64,000 bases of DNA from Laetmonice hystrix (GCA_965235115.1 OZ249447.1:5952001-6016000), one strand, 5' to 3'. Positions 12,106 through 24,772 are shown, counted from the first letter of the stretch. The notes: generated from the letters alone by a model not told the origin. A program made the numbers and translations.

Positions 12106-12714
12106 CCAGGTGTGGGAACCGAGGGGTGGGGGCAAGGTGGCGATTCCCCAACTTTGTATTGGCGGGAATAATATTGTTTCGCCCCAATCTAATTAAAATT
12201 AGTTATTGTTATTCCGCGTCTATATCGGTTGTGCCAGTGCTGTCTCCGCTCCATACCTATATAGTATGGAACACATGCGATATAACTAAGATCTAATTTT
12301 CATTATATTGAGTTTCGCCCCCTCCCTATTATTTGCCAGTTATATTTTAATAACAGAGATATGCCACTGCCAGGAGACCAAAAATGGATTCCAAGCATCA
12401 CAATATTATGATGTCCTATTCAGTGGCAGCAGTAAGGAGACAAAGTTTACTTGTTAATGCATATTTCATGAAGGCACTGCAGTGATGCGGGGGGGGGGGG
12501 GGTCCAGAATTTTGTAACGGGGGGTTCAGAGGTAAAATTTGCTATAAGGGGGAGGGGTCAGCACGGTCAATTCAGATGTTCTATCCGGGAAAAAGAGACA
12601 TTGGTTGACAAGGGGGCTTTGAAACCCCCCAGCCCCCCCACCCGTGGCGCTTTGCCGGGCCATGCCCCAGTCTCCCCCCCCCCCTCCAATGAAAATATGG
12701 TTCCCACGCCTATG
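12106..12714. mobile_element. Possible nested hAT-like MITE inside the Harbinger element
   Basis: Degenerate TIR CCAGGTGTGGGAACC / GGTTCCCACGCCTATG with internal G/C runs; no TSD recognised. Confidence 0.3.
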
Positions 12715-12817
12715 GTCCCTATCCTAAAAGGAAACGAACCAAGCGTTGCTAAAATTTAAGTACAATATATATGTTGGTGACGCTCACTGAGCAGTGTGTT
12801 TATTGCAAGAAAATATA

Positions 12818-13172
12818 TTATCTAAATGTTTGAATGACAGGTTCTCTGGCATGAAAACCGCGATGATTCATTGTCTGCCCCCTGTCTCCTTGTTGAGCCT
12901 CTGCTAAATGACGGCTAGATAGAGAGGTGGAGGCATGTATAATTATTGGTATCCCGCGATTAATTGCAATATTGTGAAGACATGTTATTGCCAATACAAT
13001 CCTATACTAGATGTCCCCGGGTCACTCTGTATGGTACCCCACTGCCATCAAGACATCTGTGAATAATGAGAAATATTTCATGTCATATAATAAATGACAT
13101 AAAATCTTCATTATCCACAATATCAGGATTTTGGATGGCATTACGTTGGTATTGCACTGTCCCAGCCGCCAT
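12818..13172 (-). pseudogene. Harbinger (HARBI1-like, DDE_Tnp_4) transposase remnant: start fragment plus terminal exon
   Basis: ATG at 13172 gives MAAGTVQYQRNAIQNPDIVDNEDF. After the acceptor TTATTCACAG (exon starts 13056), and allowing for frameshifts, it reads (R)CLDGSG(G)TIQSDPG...RIVLAITCLHNIAINRGIP...GFHAREPVIQTFR*. This matches the Harbinger C-terminal RCL..SGG.LQY.P...II.AC.VLHNIA consensus. Confidence 0.75.
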
Positions 13173-14049
13173 ATTTGTTGATGTGCTCAGTGTAATAATG
13201 TGTTAATTAACGATACTATCGTTAATTAGCGATAAATCAGTTAGCGAAGACTTAATCCGCACCTTTTTCATCCGCGCTAAAAAAATCCATTTAACGCGGA
13301 AATAACGCAAAATGTCGTAAGTAAACGCCCGCTTTACTAGTTATGCAACGGTTTAACGCGTTTTTCGTCGATTAACGCGTTTTAGACCTTAGCGAGCGCA
13401 CAAACTTAGTTATGAAACGGGCCCCAGATCAATATCTTAAAAACTATTCCATCTACACATGCCGACAGGGAAATTACATTTATTACAATTTACCACAGAC
13501 TCTGGTGAGAGTTGATGCAGAATCTACGACGCGGTGGTGGTGGTGGTGGTTCTGGTTGCTTATACACTGCTCAACAGCAGCATTATCCTAGCTAATACTA
13601 ATCAGGGCGATTATTCAACTGAGGCCCCCTCACCCCCACACTCTCCCCGTGGGCACACCCACCTTCGTTACTATAACACCAGATCTGGCATGTTTCTCTG
13701 ATCTGACCACTTTACAGCCGTCATATAACACGTGGGGTATAGAGAACCCATCGCAAAAATAGGTCAAACAAGGACCACTTTTATTCATTTATTTTCCCTA
13801 TTCAAAACCGCTTTACCAAGAGCTTTGTGTGGTAGGTTGAGTGGTTACCAGCCAATAGATGGGTCAATGGATCAATCCTTATATTTATCTATATCTAAAC
13901 GTTCTGTTGTATACAGAGACAGAATGAACGGTCCAGAGTGTAGCAGGGAGTAAAGGTGACGGATTCAGTGCCATATGTAATCCTTCATGGGCCCTTTTGT
14001 TTTAAAATATTCATAAGCAAATTATCTGCCTGCAAGATTTGAAGTTATG

Positions 14050-14450
14050 ACATCTATAGGAATGGCTGTCGATCATCATCAAGATTTTTTTGTTTCTGAA
14101 CACGCAATAATCAGGGTAAAAATAATTCTGAAATTTGCAGTTGAGGTGGCCAGAGGAATTAAGAATATTTCGGAAATCAATTTTGGGATTGAACAGCCGT
14201 AGTAATTTCAGCTACTCACGAGGCCTTTCCAATATCGAGTAAAAAGGCAGATTTAATCAGCCTTTCGTTAATTATGGAGGGGTATGTCACGCAAGTCCCG
14301 TCCTATTTTACTAGTTTTACCAGCTGTTAATTGTAACCGTTTACCATAAGCATGTCACAGTTGCCAGATTGATTAATTGTTCTCACAACTTGGTAACTAA
14401 TTTGATACAACTTCATTTGACATTGGTGCGGGGAACAGGATCGAGGGAGA
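14050..14450 (-). mobile_element. Possible very degraded LINE reverse transcriptase fragment
   Basis: Scattered stop- and frameshift-broken motifs KL*EQLIN, LLDIGKA and YYGCSIPKLISEIFL appear in the expected RT order. Confidence 0.2.
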
Positions 14451-14567
14451 AAATCTCATTTGAGGGTAGCAGCAGTTGATAATAAAAAACGCTTCTGCAT
14501 CATCGGTATAAGTTATACTCATAGTAGAGCAGAAACGTGTTATGATAATTACCATAAGTGACTAGTC

Positions 14568-14622
14568 TATAGTATAGTATAGTATAGTATAGTATAGTAT
14601 AGTATAGTATAGTATAGTATAG
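14568..14622. repeat. (TATAG)11 microsatellite
   Basis: Directly visible. Confidence 0.97.
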
Positions 14623-14802
14623 TAGTCTATAGTACCATATTATAAGGCGGATGGTATTCTGAAGGCGTAATTAGATCACAGTGAGAATGAGATGCATGCA
14701 CAAAACTAAAGTCTTGATTGGCTACATTTAAGTGCATAATAGTCACAATGAGGTGCGCAAATCGTGATTGAAAAGAGTGGTCCGCAAACAATTTTCCACA
14801 GC

Positions 14803-15105
14803 CAGGCCCATAGCCATGACTTCCAAAGGGGTGGGTCGTTTGGGGGGAAAAGTGGACCTTTTTGAGGAGTGGATTATTATTTGATAAACGTTGGACGTTT
14901 TGGTCAAAAGTAAACTTTTGGTCAAAAGGCCCACAACCAGGGCTTCCATTGAAGGCGGTCTTCCTCTTCACCGAAAACTCACCAGAAAATAAAATTGCTT
15001 TAGGCCTACATACTTTTTTGCAGTATGGTTAAATCCTATTTAGGAGGGGTCGTGCGCCCCCCCCCCCACCCCCCACCCCACCCCCCACCCCCCGCCACGG
15101 GCCTG
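14803..15105. mobile_element. MITE with CAGGCCC TIRs and an apparent 5-bp TSD
   Basis: CAGGCCCATAGC ... GCCACGGGCCTG; flanks ACAGC / ACAAC match at 4 of 5 positions. Confidence 0.6.
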
Positions 15106-15843
15106 ACAACGAACGGTTATGCACGTGTGCCTGTGCGCACATAAATTTACCGTAGTCGTTCTCCGAAGCCCACTTTGCCCTTTGGGTCGTGTGAAGTCGC
15201 AGAAGACTGACTAAAGCTATTAGCGTTTGGTGGCGATGAGGGTAGAAAGGTTCATGCTAGGGCGACTATCGCCTCCCGTACAGAATCCTCCGGGCCTGAC
15301 CCCACGCAAAGACAGGGTCCTCAGCGCTCCTCTCAGGTGAGCCACTACCGTCCCCCCCCCCCCCCCGCCCCATCAAGGCACGGAGGTGGTGGCGACGACG
15401 GCAGGTCGCTCACCGGTATGGTGACGGTAAAAACGGGCCGACATGTCGGCGAGCAGGCCGGGGGAGGTCCGCTGGGACCTCCCCTTGCTCGACACGACGG
15501 AAACGTATCGTGCCCGCCTGCCACCTGACTTATTTAATATCCATGGGTCTAACGTGAGGTAATGTAATCAAGGTGACCATTTCTTGGGCCAGTCGTCTGA
15601 AATATTTAAGGCATCGATTTGCTGGTGTTTTTTTGTATACGATCGGCACAACGAGGTGATATGAAATAGAGTACCGGTGGTTTCAAAAGACAAGAGATCA
15701 GTCATGTTTCTAGGGTTATTACAGACTATAGAGGGTCCTTTAAAAGAAGAAGAAAAAAACATGTAAGAGAAACTAAAGTCTTGCATTATTACAGAGTATT
15801 ATCATGTGGACATTAGAAAATAATCTGTGGAAATATCAGGTAA

Positions 15844-16117
15844 CAGAGGTTCCCCCAGGATTTTCGAAATGGGGGGATCAGCAGGAGCAGGACAGAGATA
15901 AATCAGCAGCACTCTGCAGCCGTCCGCATCGCTTGAAGTCAGGAGAAGGGAATTGTGCAGTATAGTTTGTTCTCCTGCCTATAACCACCTGTTTCAATTT
16001 ATGGCTGTAAGATGTACACATTCAACTTAGCATTTCTGTATCACTGAAAATTAGTGGGGGGATATCTCCCTACAGAGGGGGTTGACCCCGCCCCCAGTCT
16101 CCCCCCTGGGAACCCTG
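15844..16117. mobile_element. MITE with CAG...CTG ends and a 5-bp TSD (GGTAA)
   Basis: GGTAA|CAGAGGTTCCCCCAGG ... CCTGGGAACCCTG|GGTAA. Confidence 0.7.
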
Positions 16118-17229
16118 GGTAATGTATACATGCATTGATGTACCAGCATAAATAGGTTGATATGCAAGTAAATTTTTATGGCACGCATTGTAATATTTCA
16201 GTATCGCAGACTTGTCTGGATAAAAACGAAATGTAGGGGGCTTGTAATAGAATAAGATGGCCAACCGGGGCGATATTTGGGACTGGTGAAATTTGTAAAT
16301 GTCGACTTTCTTATTACCCATCTGCGCCTTGCTCAAAAACACCTGTCCTGCATGTACAAACAAAGAACCTGTGGTTTATTAGCATACACTCAGATTAGCG
16401 CATAGATTTAATCAAATATGCATAGAAACTCCATTTTTTAATTAGATTAATGATACAACGTATATAATCCAAGTAAATTCCTGCTGAAATTCAATAGCGA
16501 AGACCATAGAAACTAAGACATGCGTGGATAGAGATTATTGGGCTGTGATCATCTCATCTTCCACTCGAGGGTCATCTTATCTACAAAAAATATTGAGTCA
16601 AGGCCACATCAATTCTGCATTGGAACCTTTGATCGGAAAGGATGCCACAGCTCCTTACTGCGGATGGCTGCACCTAATTAAGTTCCGTCGTATTCCATAT
16701 CGATGTAAGTGTTTCCAAGCCTTGTGTATGGTGACATGAGGCGAGTGTTACCTCAGATGTTCTTGTCGGAGTCTAGGCCAAGTTCGTAATAACTTAAGAT
16801 CTTGCTTAAGCTTCAGCCCAGATATCCTATCATCATCAGGGCGGGATGTAGGAGTTTTAAGCGGAAGGGGGGGGGGGCGATAAAATGGGAGTTCATCAGG
16901 AAAAGTATAGAAAGAATGGGGGTTGAAGACGAACGGGGCAATAGTGTCGTTTGAACCCCACTCTCGCCCTGAACCCGTGGTATCCAGCCCTGATTGGTTG
17001 TATTCTCAGAACGGGTGGTCGCGTATACTGTCGTGAAATGACAAAAGGAAGCAAGTCCAAATGTTCAAGTTTCGAGAAATGGACATCAACAAGTTGTCTC
17101 TACACTGCACTTGGATGGACGTGCTTCCTTCTGTCATGTGATGACTGATAGCTTCATAGAAGGATGTTTAGCAGAAATACACCCATTGATAGAGAGGACG
17201 TACTTCCCTGAATCCAAATTTACACTTAA

Positions 17230-17768
17230 GGACAAGTGCTAGTGTGAGGCCAAAAAAATTTTTGAGACAGATTTTTTTTAAATTTTGCAGATAAACAGAG
17301 TATGTTGTCCTCTTTCAAAATTCAACAAAAAAATGATACCTCACCGGCTTAGTTTTTTTTGGTTAAGAGCCTTTGAAGTTGGTATTTTCTTGATGTTAAT
17401 GAATACAGTTTGCAATTGTTTGTTTTTTTGTTTTTTTTAACCACTTTTTTTTGTCAGAACGGTGTTATGACAAATGGACGTGGTTAAAAAAAAAAAAAAA
17501 GAGAAAAAAAATTGACTTTGAACATTTTAACTGGTATATAATGAGCAAAAGTGAAATTGTTCAAAATCAAACATTTTTTTTAACCACTTCTATGACTTGA
17601 AGACCGTTATGAGAAATAGAAATGGTGAAAAAAATAATTCTAAACAGTAATTATTAATTAACATGACGAACATATCAATTTCAAACGCTCTTAAGAAAAA
17701 AACTAAGCCGGTGAGGTATCATTTTTTTGCTGAATTTTGAAAGAGGACAACATACTATGTTTATCTGC
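17230..17768. mobile_element. Kolobok-type foldback MITE, right end truncated (same family as 22024-22632)
   Basis: Starts TTAA|GGACAAGTGCTAGTGTGAG. The inverted arm runs to ...CATACTATGTTTATCTGC and lacks the last ~65 bp. Confidence 0.8.
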
Positions 17769-19107
17769 TGTTGTGGACCGAATGGGAAGACGGTTTGGGA
17801 GGGGGGGGGTTTAGTCCCCCTCCCCTCCAGTTAACTCGCTAAAACTCAAATTTTCTAGAGATAAAGAGATATAGAGATATAGTGCACCAACATACAGGCA
17901 TGTGAAAATATTTCCAGCCCCCTCCCCAGTCTAGCATACATCCATGGTGTGGAAAGATTGGCTAAGACATAGAAAAGCTCCAGGGTTCTTTGCCATATTA
18001 GGACCAGTGATATTTTAAAAGACCCAGCCACAGACGGTTAATGGGGTTACCATGTCGGGTGATTCCATAGAACACCTATAGTCGCTGGAAATGTACAAAT
18101 CTCGGTGGCTCCTCTACTGAAGGTGCTCATTCTTCTGGGCTAGTCTGGCGCGGTACCCAGCGACCTGCAAAGATATGATTGGAACGATTCGATTCCCGTT
18201 GCTATATGTCAGCTATGATATTGGGCCCCGGTAATGTTGCTGTCAGATTGTAAAGAACCGCCCGAGGCATTGCAAGCACGCCGGGTTCGTTAGAACCGCT
18301 CAGGCAGCAGGCTTTCACAAACCCCCATGTTTCTCCTTGTCAGCACCGAGGTTTAAACCCGCCGTTCCTGAGGGTGGGGGGTGGGGGCTGTTATTGTGGG
18401 CGTTATTGTGTTTCTTCCTGGAAATCCTGGGGGACACTGCCATGAAAAAAGTCATGGAAAACGGGGGAGAAATTAAACCATGGTAACTGAAAAATATATC
18501 ATGAAAAAGTCATGGAATTTAGGTGGATGTCACCTCACATTTATATCGCGATTTTGGCTACAGCAGTTTGTATATTATACAGTAAAGTTGGCCCCAACCG
18601 TCAACCCCATGAAACATGCTAAAACTAGCTATTTTGCCACGTCATAGTGGGAAAAGTCACTGTCCAGACACGCTGTCTTACGCCTGAACGGGAACACCGC
18701 GGCTGGTCTGACTTGATCTGCAAACCCATGCCATACTTGGCGATTAATTTTAGGAGGAAAAAATGCGGCGTATACACTGAAAATTACGGTATATCTGACA
18801 TACGTGTGATAAGGGGGCGGACCGCCGGCCGACAGCGGCACTCCGTCTCTATCTCCGGGGGAGGGGGGGGGGCGCTGGGTGCCCGAGAGGTGCCGATTCT
18901 GAGATCCTCCTCTGAGACAGCCACCCAGCACAACTTGATAATCACTCGACACCCTGCAGGGGGCAGAGGACCTCAGCGACGACACTGATTCGTCATTCTG
19001 TTGCCGCTTGCCGCCGGAGTGAGGATGTAAATGAGGTAGCCACCGGTACGGATGACGATGATATCGTTCGCAGGTTTACACCATCAACATGGTCCATTCA
19101 TCATATA

Positions 19108-19705
19108 GACGTCATGGACACAGTCATGGCGACACCAGGCAATTAAATATGGCGACGTCACGGACACAGTCATGGCGACACCAGGCAATTAAATATGGCG
19201 ACGTCACGGACACAGTCATGGCGACATCAGGCAATTAAATATGGCGACGTCATGGACACAGTCATCGCGACAACAGGCAATTAAATATGGCGACGTCATG
19301 GACACAGTCATGGCGACACCAGGCAATTAAATATGGCGACGTCATGGACACAGTCATGGCGACACCAGGCAATTAAATATGGCGACGTCATGGACACAGT
19401 CATGGCGACACCAGGCAATTAAATATGGCGACGTCATGGACACAGTCATGGCGACACCAGGCAATTAAATATGGCGACGTCATGGACACAGTCATCGCGA
19501 CATCAGGCAATTAAATATGGCGACATCATGGACACAGTCATGGCGACACCAGGCAATTAAATATGGCGACGTCATGGACACAGTCATGGCGACACCAGGC
19601 AATTAAATATGGCGACGTCATGGACACAGTCATGGCGACAACAGGCAATTAAATATGACGACATCACGGACACAGTCATGGCGACAACAGGCAATTAAAT
19701 ATGGC
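19108..19705. repeat. Minisatellite, 46-bp unit x13
   Basis: GACGTCATGGACACAGTCATGGCGACACCAGGCAATTAAATATGGC. Confidence 0.97.
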
Positions 19706-20461
19706 GCTCACACGACAACCCGGGGGGGGGGGTAACCTAGGGTTGAGCATTTTGAAAAAATAAAGTAAAAAAACTTTGGAAGGGTAACTGATTTGCCCCC
19801 CCCCCGCCAAAAAAATGGCCCTACAGGAAACCCTGCCTGCCCTCCCCATCTACCAACAGCAACAAAAAGGAGAAAGATGAAAGAGTTCATGCATCATGCA
19901 CCCAGTTCTCTGTGTACAATATAGCCCAGCAGTGGCATCGTTGCGACTGATTCAAGTGGAAAAAGATTTTTGCTTGCGCCCGCAGCCCCTGATAAAAACG
20001 TGCATGCAAAAGGTCCAAGTCCTTGCAGAATTAATGCACTGTAACGTAATGACCATGCGTACATACGTGACTTAATTAGCTATTTCTTCATTAGATTATT
20101 GTCCCCTGGTTCCCCTAGGTTCTGCATATTTATTAATAAAAAGGCATTTCGACAGAAAGTGTAAAACGAGTATACCTGCCTTTTATACCCATTTGTTGGT
20201 GGAACAGAAAATGAGGTGAATGCCCAATGATGACGAAATGATCATGTTTTCCTTTTAGATAAATAGGGATTCCTTGAGGGGGGTCCATGGCCCTGTTACG
20301 ATAGGACATGCCTGCATGGTGTTGAAAACCGGTTGTGACGAAATGCAGGTGCACCTTACAAGTGTCTGCAATGTATATGGGATGGGAAGGACAATAGTTA
20401 TCCGTTTTATTTTAGCAGTCTGTTAACATTAGCAGTCGTAGCAGACAATTAGTTCCTGAAA

Positions 20462-20644
20462 NNNNNNNNNNNNNNNNNNNNNNNNNNNNNNNNNNNNNNN
20501 NNNNNNNNNNNNNNNNNNNNNNNNNNNNNNNNNNNNNNNNNNNNNNNNNNNNNNNNNNNNNNNNNNNNNNNNNNNNNNNNNNNNNNNNNNNNNNNNNNNN
20601 NNNNNNNNNNNNNNNNNNNNNNNNNNNNNNNNNNNNNNNNNNNN
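20462..20644. other. Assembly gap (183 N)
   Basis: N run, next to a microsatellite. Confidence 1.
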
Positions 20645-20776
20645 GTCTCTGTATGTACCTCTCTGTCTCTGTGTGTATCTCTCTGTCTCTGTGTGTATCT
20701 CTCTGTCTCTGTGTGTATCTCTCTGTCTGTATCTCTGTCCCTGTCTGTATCTCTCGCTGTCTATGTCTCTCTCTCC
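20645..20776. repeat. Compound (GTCTCT/GTGT/ATCT) microsatellite
   Basis: Directly visible; generates the spurious ORFs at 20653-20928. Confidence 0.9.
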
Positions 20777-21551
20777 TTACATCATACACCATGGGCCAAC
20801 CCTACCTGGGCCCGCCACCCACAGCAGATATGCAAGTCCATATCCATCTCTATAACACTCAGCCGATTCCCGACGCAGGCGAATTGAGCAATAGCGTATA
20901 TTTGTACAATTGGGGTGTGTGTATTTAAGTCACTTGATGTGTGTTGATTACAAGGCCCCTCTCTTCTCGTTCCATCTGTGTTTTCTGCAATGGGGGAGGA
21001 AATTGTCTTGACACAATGATGTAAACGGGCTCATTCCTTATTGCGCCCTTGGTGTAGACGGGCGCATTCCTTGCGCCCTTGATGGACATATAGCTTTGAA
21101 TACATGGAAATAACGAGACGGAGCGTTCCTCTGTGATCATACGTCGTTCATGGAATGGACCGGTATGACCACCGTGTTGTGGGCTTTCCATTATGTGTCA
21201 CGGAATGGGCTTCTGTGAGCAATGATACGACAGTCATTGCCATGTGCGCTTTCCGGCAAGCATTGTCTGTAATGAAAGGTAAATAATGTATATGTAATGG
21301 TAGCGCACTTATCGTTGGTAATGTTTTCTGGGGAGAAGGGATGGGACGCAGTAAAATAGCACATAAAATATTAATTATTATCCCAGTCATTATAAAAGGA
21401 CCTCTCCCATTATATAGTATGGTATTAGATTATATTGTCGGCATTGTAAAATCCACATTTGCTGATTCAAGCCTTTAGAATTATCATTCAGAGTTGCATG
21501 GTAATTTGTTGATTTCTATATAAGGTGGCGATGCATTTAAGATGCACTTAA

Positions 21552-21984
21552 AGGCAGGGTAAACACCCACGGCAAACAAGGTTTCCTAGACCAAATGAAA
21601 CACCAGCATTTACCTCTGGGCAAAAAATGCCACAATTACGTTGTCTGAATGAAGTAATTAACGTGTAACTGCCCGATGTGTGACGCCGCTGGTTCTGCTT
21701 GTGTGTTAAACACGTCGGACGTTGACAAACGTTGGGACTCGTGTAGACAAGGTCTGTGAGCAGAGTAACACGTAATGTTACGCAATACGCCGCGGTGTGC
21801 AGCATTCGGCTCTGATGAACACAAAAGAAGGTTAAGGTAAGAACCAGCGGCGTCACACATCGGGCAGTTACACGTTAATTACTTCATTCAGACAACGTAA
21901 TTGTGGCATTTATTGCCCTGAGGTAAATGCTGGTGTTTCCTTCGGTCTACGAAACCTTATTTGCCACGTGTGTTTACCCTGCCT
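21552..21984. mobile_element. Kolobok-type MITE, 433 bp, ~145-bp TIRs
   Basis: TTAA|AGGCAGGGTAAACAC ... GTGTTTACCCTGCCT|TTAA; arms 21552-21696 and 21840-21984. A TTAA TSD with RR termini is the Kolobok signature (piggyBac would start CC). Confidence 0.9.
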
Positions 21985-22023
21985 TTAAAGTCCTGATAGT
22001 GTGTAAACATTCTGGATGCTTAA

Positions 22024-22632
22024 GGACAAGTGCTAGTGTGAGGGCAAACATTTTTTTGAGACAGATATTTTTTAAAATTTGCAGATAAACAGAGTATGTT
22101 GTCCTCTTTCAAAATTCAGCAAAAAGATGATACCTCACCAGGTTACTTTTTTTGTTAAGAGCGTTGAAATTGATATGTTCGTCATGTTAATTACTAATTA
22201 CTGTTTAGAATTTTTTTTTTTTTTTTTTTTTACCATTTCTATTTGTCATAACGGTCTCCAAGTTATACAAGTGGTAAAAAAAAAAAAGAGAAAAAAAAAT
22301 TTTGATTTTGAACATTTTCACTTTTTGCTCATTTANNNNNNNNNNNNNNNNNNNNNNNNNNNNNNNNNNNNNNNNNNNNNNNNNNNNNNNNNNNNNNNNN
22401 NNNNNNNNNNNNNNNNNNNNNNNNNNNNNNNNNNNNNNNNNNNNNNNNNNNNNNNNNNNNNNNNNNNNNNNNNNNAAGAAAATACCAACTTCAAACGCTC
22501 CTAACAAAAAAACTAAGCCGGTGAGGTATCATTTTTTTGCTGAATTTTGAAAGAGGACATACTCTGTTTATCTGCAAAATTTTTAAAAAATCTGTCTCAA
22601 ACAAATTTTTTGTCTCACACTAGCACTTGTCC
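22024..22632. mobile_element. Kolobok-type foldback MITE, both ends present (contains N gap)
   Basis: TTAA|GGACAAGTGCTAGTGTGAG ... CTCACACTAGCACTTGTCC|TTAA with long inverted arms. Confidence 0.9.
22336..22475. other. Assembly gap (140 N)
   Basis: N run inside the foldback element. Confidence 1.
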
Positions 22633-24772
22633 TTAAGAGTGCTTAGCGTTACCCTTCACGATACACAATTAGATAGTCTCAAAGCGTGTCAAGGGACTAT
22701 TATTAATATGACACTGTGTGGTAAACTATTGGCCTCTCCGGCGTGGAAGCTGTTCATCCCGATTGAGACTCGCCATCTACGTTTGGAAATCGAAATAATG
22801 TTCTTAATTATCGCTGCATGGGCGGCATTTTAGGGAAGCGAATTAACGTTTTGTTCAATGGATATATAGCATGATAGTGCAGTGAGCTTGTAATTTTTAT
22901 TCCGTGTTGAAATGATGAAAACGATTTTCAGAATTAAGTGTGAATAGCAAGCGCATACTACATTTTGGACTTCATTCTTTGAACCCAAATTTGCAATGCA
23001 AATCGCACCAATGAATAGGGCCCTTTATGTGTGATCCTTCACCGCCAGGTTTTTTTTCGTATATCTGCCCTGCGGGGATATAAACAGCAGCATTTACCAG
23101 CGGAGGATGACATTCAAAGTCCTGATACTTGCTGCCATCTTGTATACTAGAACAAAGAAACAGTTAATTCTTAGATATTTAAAGGCACACATGTGCGATG
23201 CATGTTCCCACAGAGGTAAGCGTTCAGGGGTTCAACGTGAAGGGGTTACCTAGGTCAACCATTCCTGTACACAAGGTTTTCAGGTACACTGTTTCCTTCG
23301 TCTTCTCACCCTTGACGTATACTTCAGGGCGTAGAATGAGGAGTCGTATGGAAGACGAGTTGATGACCTTTATGTACCCATCAAAAGCTCGCACAGAAAG
23401 GTATACATGTATAGGGGAGCGTTGGATGATATCAGAGGGGCACAATGCAGACACATTTATGCATGGTGAAAGGCCACGTAAAATTTAAAATTCGCTTGAC
23501 AACCCCTTTAAATAGAACGTGTTGCGATGTTATAGAAATCACTATTAGTGACGCGGCAAGGTTACACTGTGGAATCAACCAGCTTGGTCAGAAATAAGAG
23601 ACACGAACGAGAACCCACATCAATCAACTGAATAAAAACGCCGATTTTCTCTCCGTGACGTGGTGATTCCTGAGTGAAGCTTTTACCCCTAGCAGCGCCC
23701 ATTCTACCTCGGCCGGGGGTTAGGGTCACACATTTCAATTTACTTGCAGCGACATGTTAACGACCTCAGACTGGGTTGATCCTTTGACGACATACATGGG
23801 GTGTGTGGGACGTGCCCAGCTATCTGTCGCCTCGACTAAAGCTGGCACGTCACTGCTGCCATAGAAATGTGCAACACGCCATTATTGCACGTCACAAGGG
23901 TGTGCTGTCGCTAGGGCCGCCGCACGCGATAGTTACGGCTGCTCAGACATGTTACTCGGCCGAGCATGTATTCTAAGTATCTCGGTCTGTTCTCAATATA
24001 CGTCTTAGATCTAATATTGACGTGTACTCCGGGGAGGTTAAGGCTGTCTTTGATACTGAACGTTTACATTATACAATGTCGGCAGCTCCACCCTTTTCTA
24101 TTGATGTAAGAGTTACAAAGTGTGAAGTTTAGGCCTAAAAAAGTCAACAGGTAGGCTACTATAAAGGGACGGCAGTACTGAGGAGTTTTACCTTCTATGT
24201 TTTGGCCCTCGCCATTTCTAGGATGCCTTGCTGGGGGCTGTCAGGTACAGTGTGTAAACCAGGGGAGGGTCCAGGTAAGGGGGTTAGGGTTAGAATTTGC
24301 TATACTCACCATGGTCAATTCCAAAAGTTCTATGGGGAACAATTGGTTGCCAAGGGGGGGGGGGGTGAGTACCCTGTCTGGATACCACAGACAAGGTATT
24401 TCACGTATTGCAAATATTCGGTCAGCTCATGTTGTCATTGGTGGGATTGGCCGTCTATACGTGAAGCTATGGTAATGTGACATATTCTTAGTCACTATCA
24501 TTAGGCCTATACCATGAATGATCTTTTGCAGCCACTAGGGGGTTTAGCTGGGTGAGTGTTTGTGTCTGTGGGGAGGAGGTTGGGGTTTGGGGACTGGGTG
24601 TCTTTTTATTTGAAAGTATATGGAGCATTTGAAGTTTGCGAAAACGAACGACATTAGCGTTTGCCTCATTAGGGGAGATATCGTTCACCAAGCTGCAGAC
24701 CGTGACAGAAAGCCAAATAATCGGACGAGGGGGAAAATATACCCAGGAAAAGATTTACATTAAGGCCTGACA

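Larger units (their letters stand above)
11501..13425 (-). mobile_element. Internally deleted PIF/Harbinger DNA transposon
   Basis: Perfect 18-bp TIR GGGGCCCGTTTCATAACT (11501-11518 / 13408-13425; 20 bp including flanking CT/AG). Subterminal copies of the TIR core occur at about 11592 and 13339, and there is a transposase remnant inside. Confidence 0.85.

Noticed and set aside
14627-14971. 114-aa minus ORF
   Set aside because: Half of it lies within the 14803-15105 MITE; no coding signature.
20412-22550. ORFs spanning N runs and microsatellite
   Set aside because: Artefacts of gaps and low complexity.
23183-23507. TTAA|AGG...CCT|TTAA Kolobok candidate
   Set aside because: The termini match for only 3 bp beyond TTAA.
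24281-24294. Telomere-like GGGTTAGGGTTAG
   Set aside because: Only two units, expected by chance.
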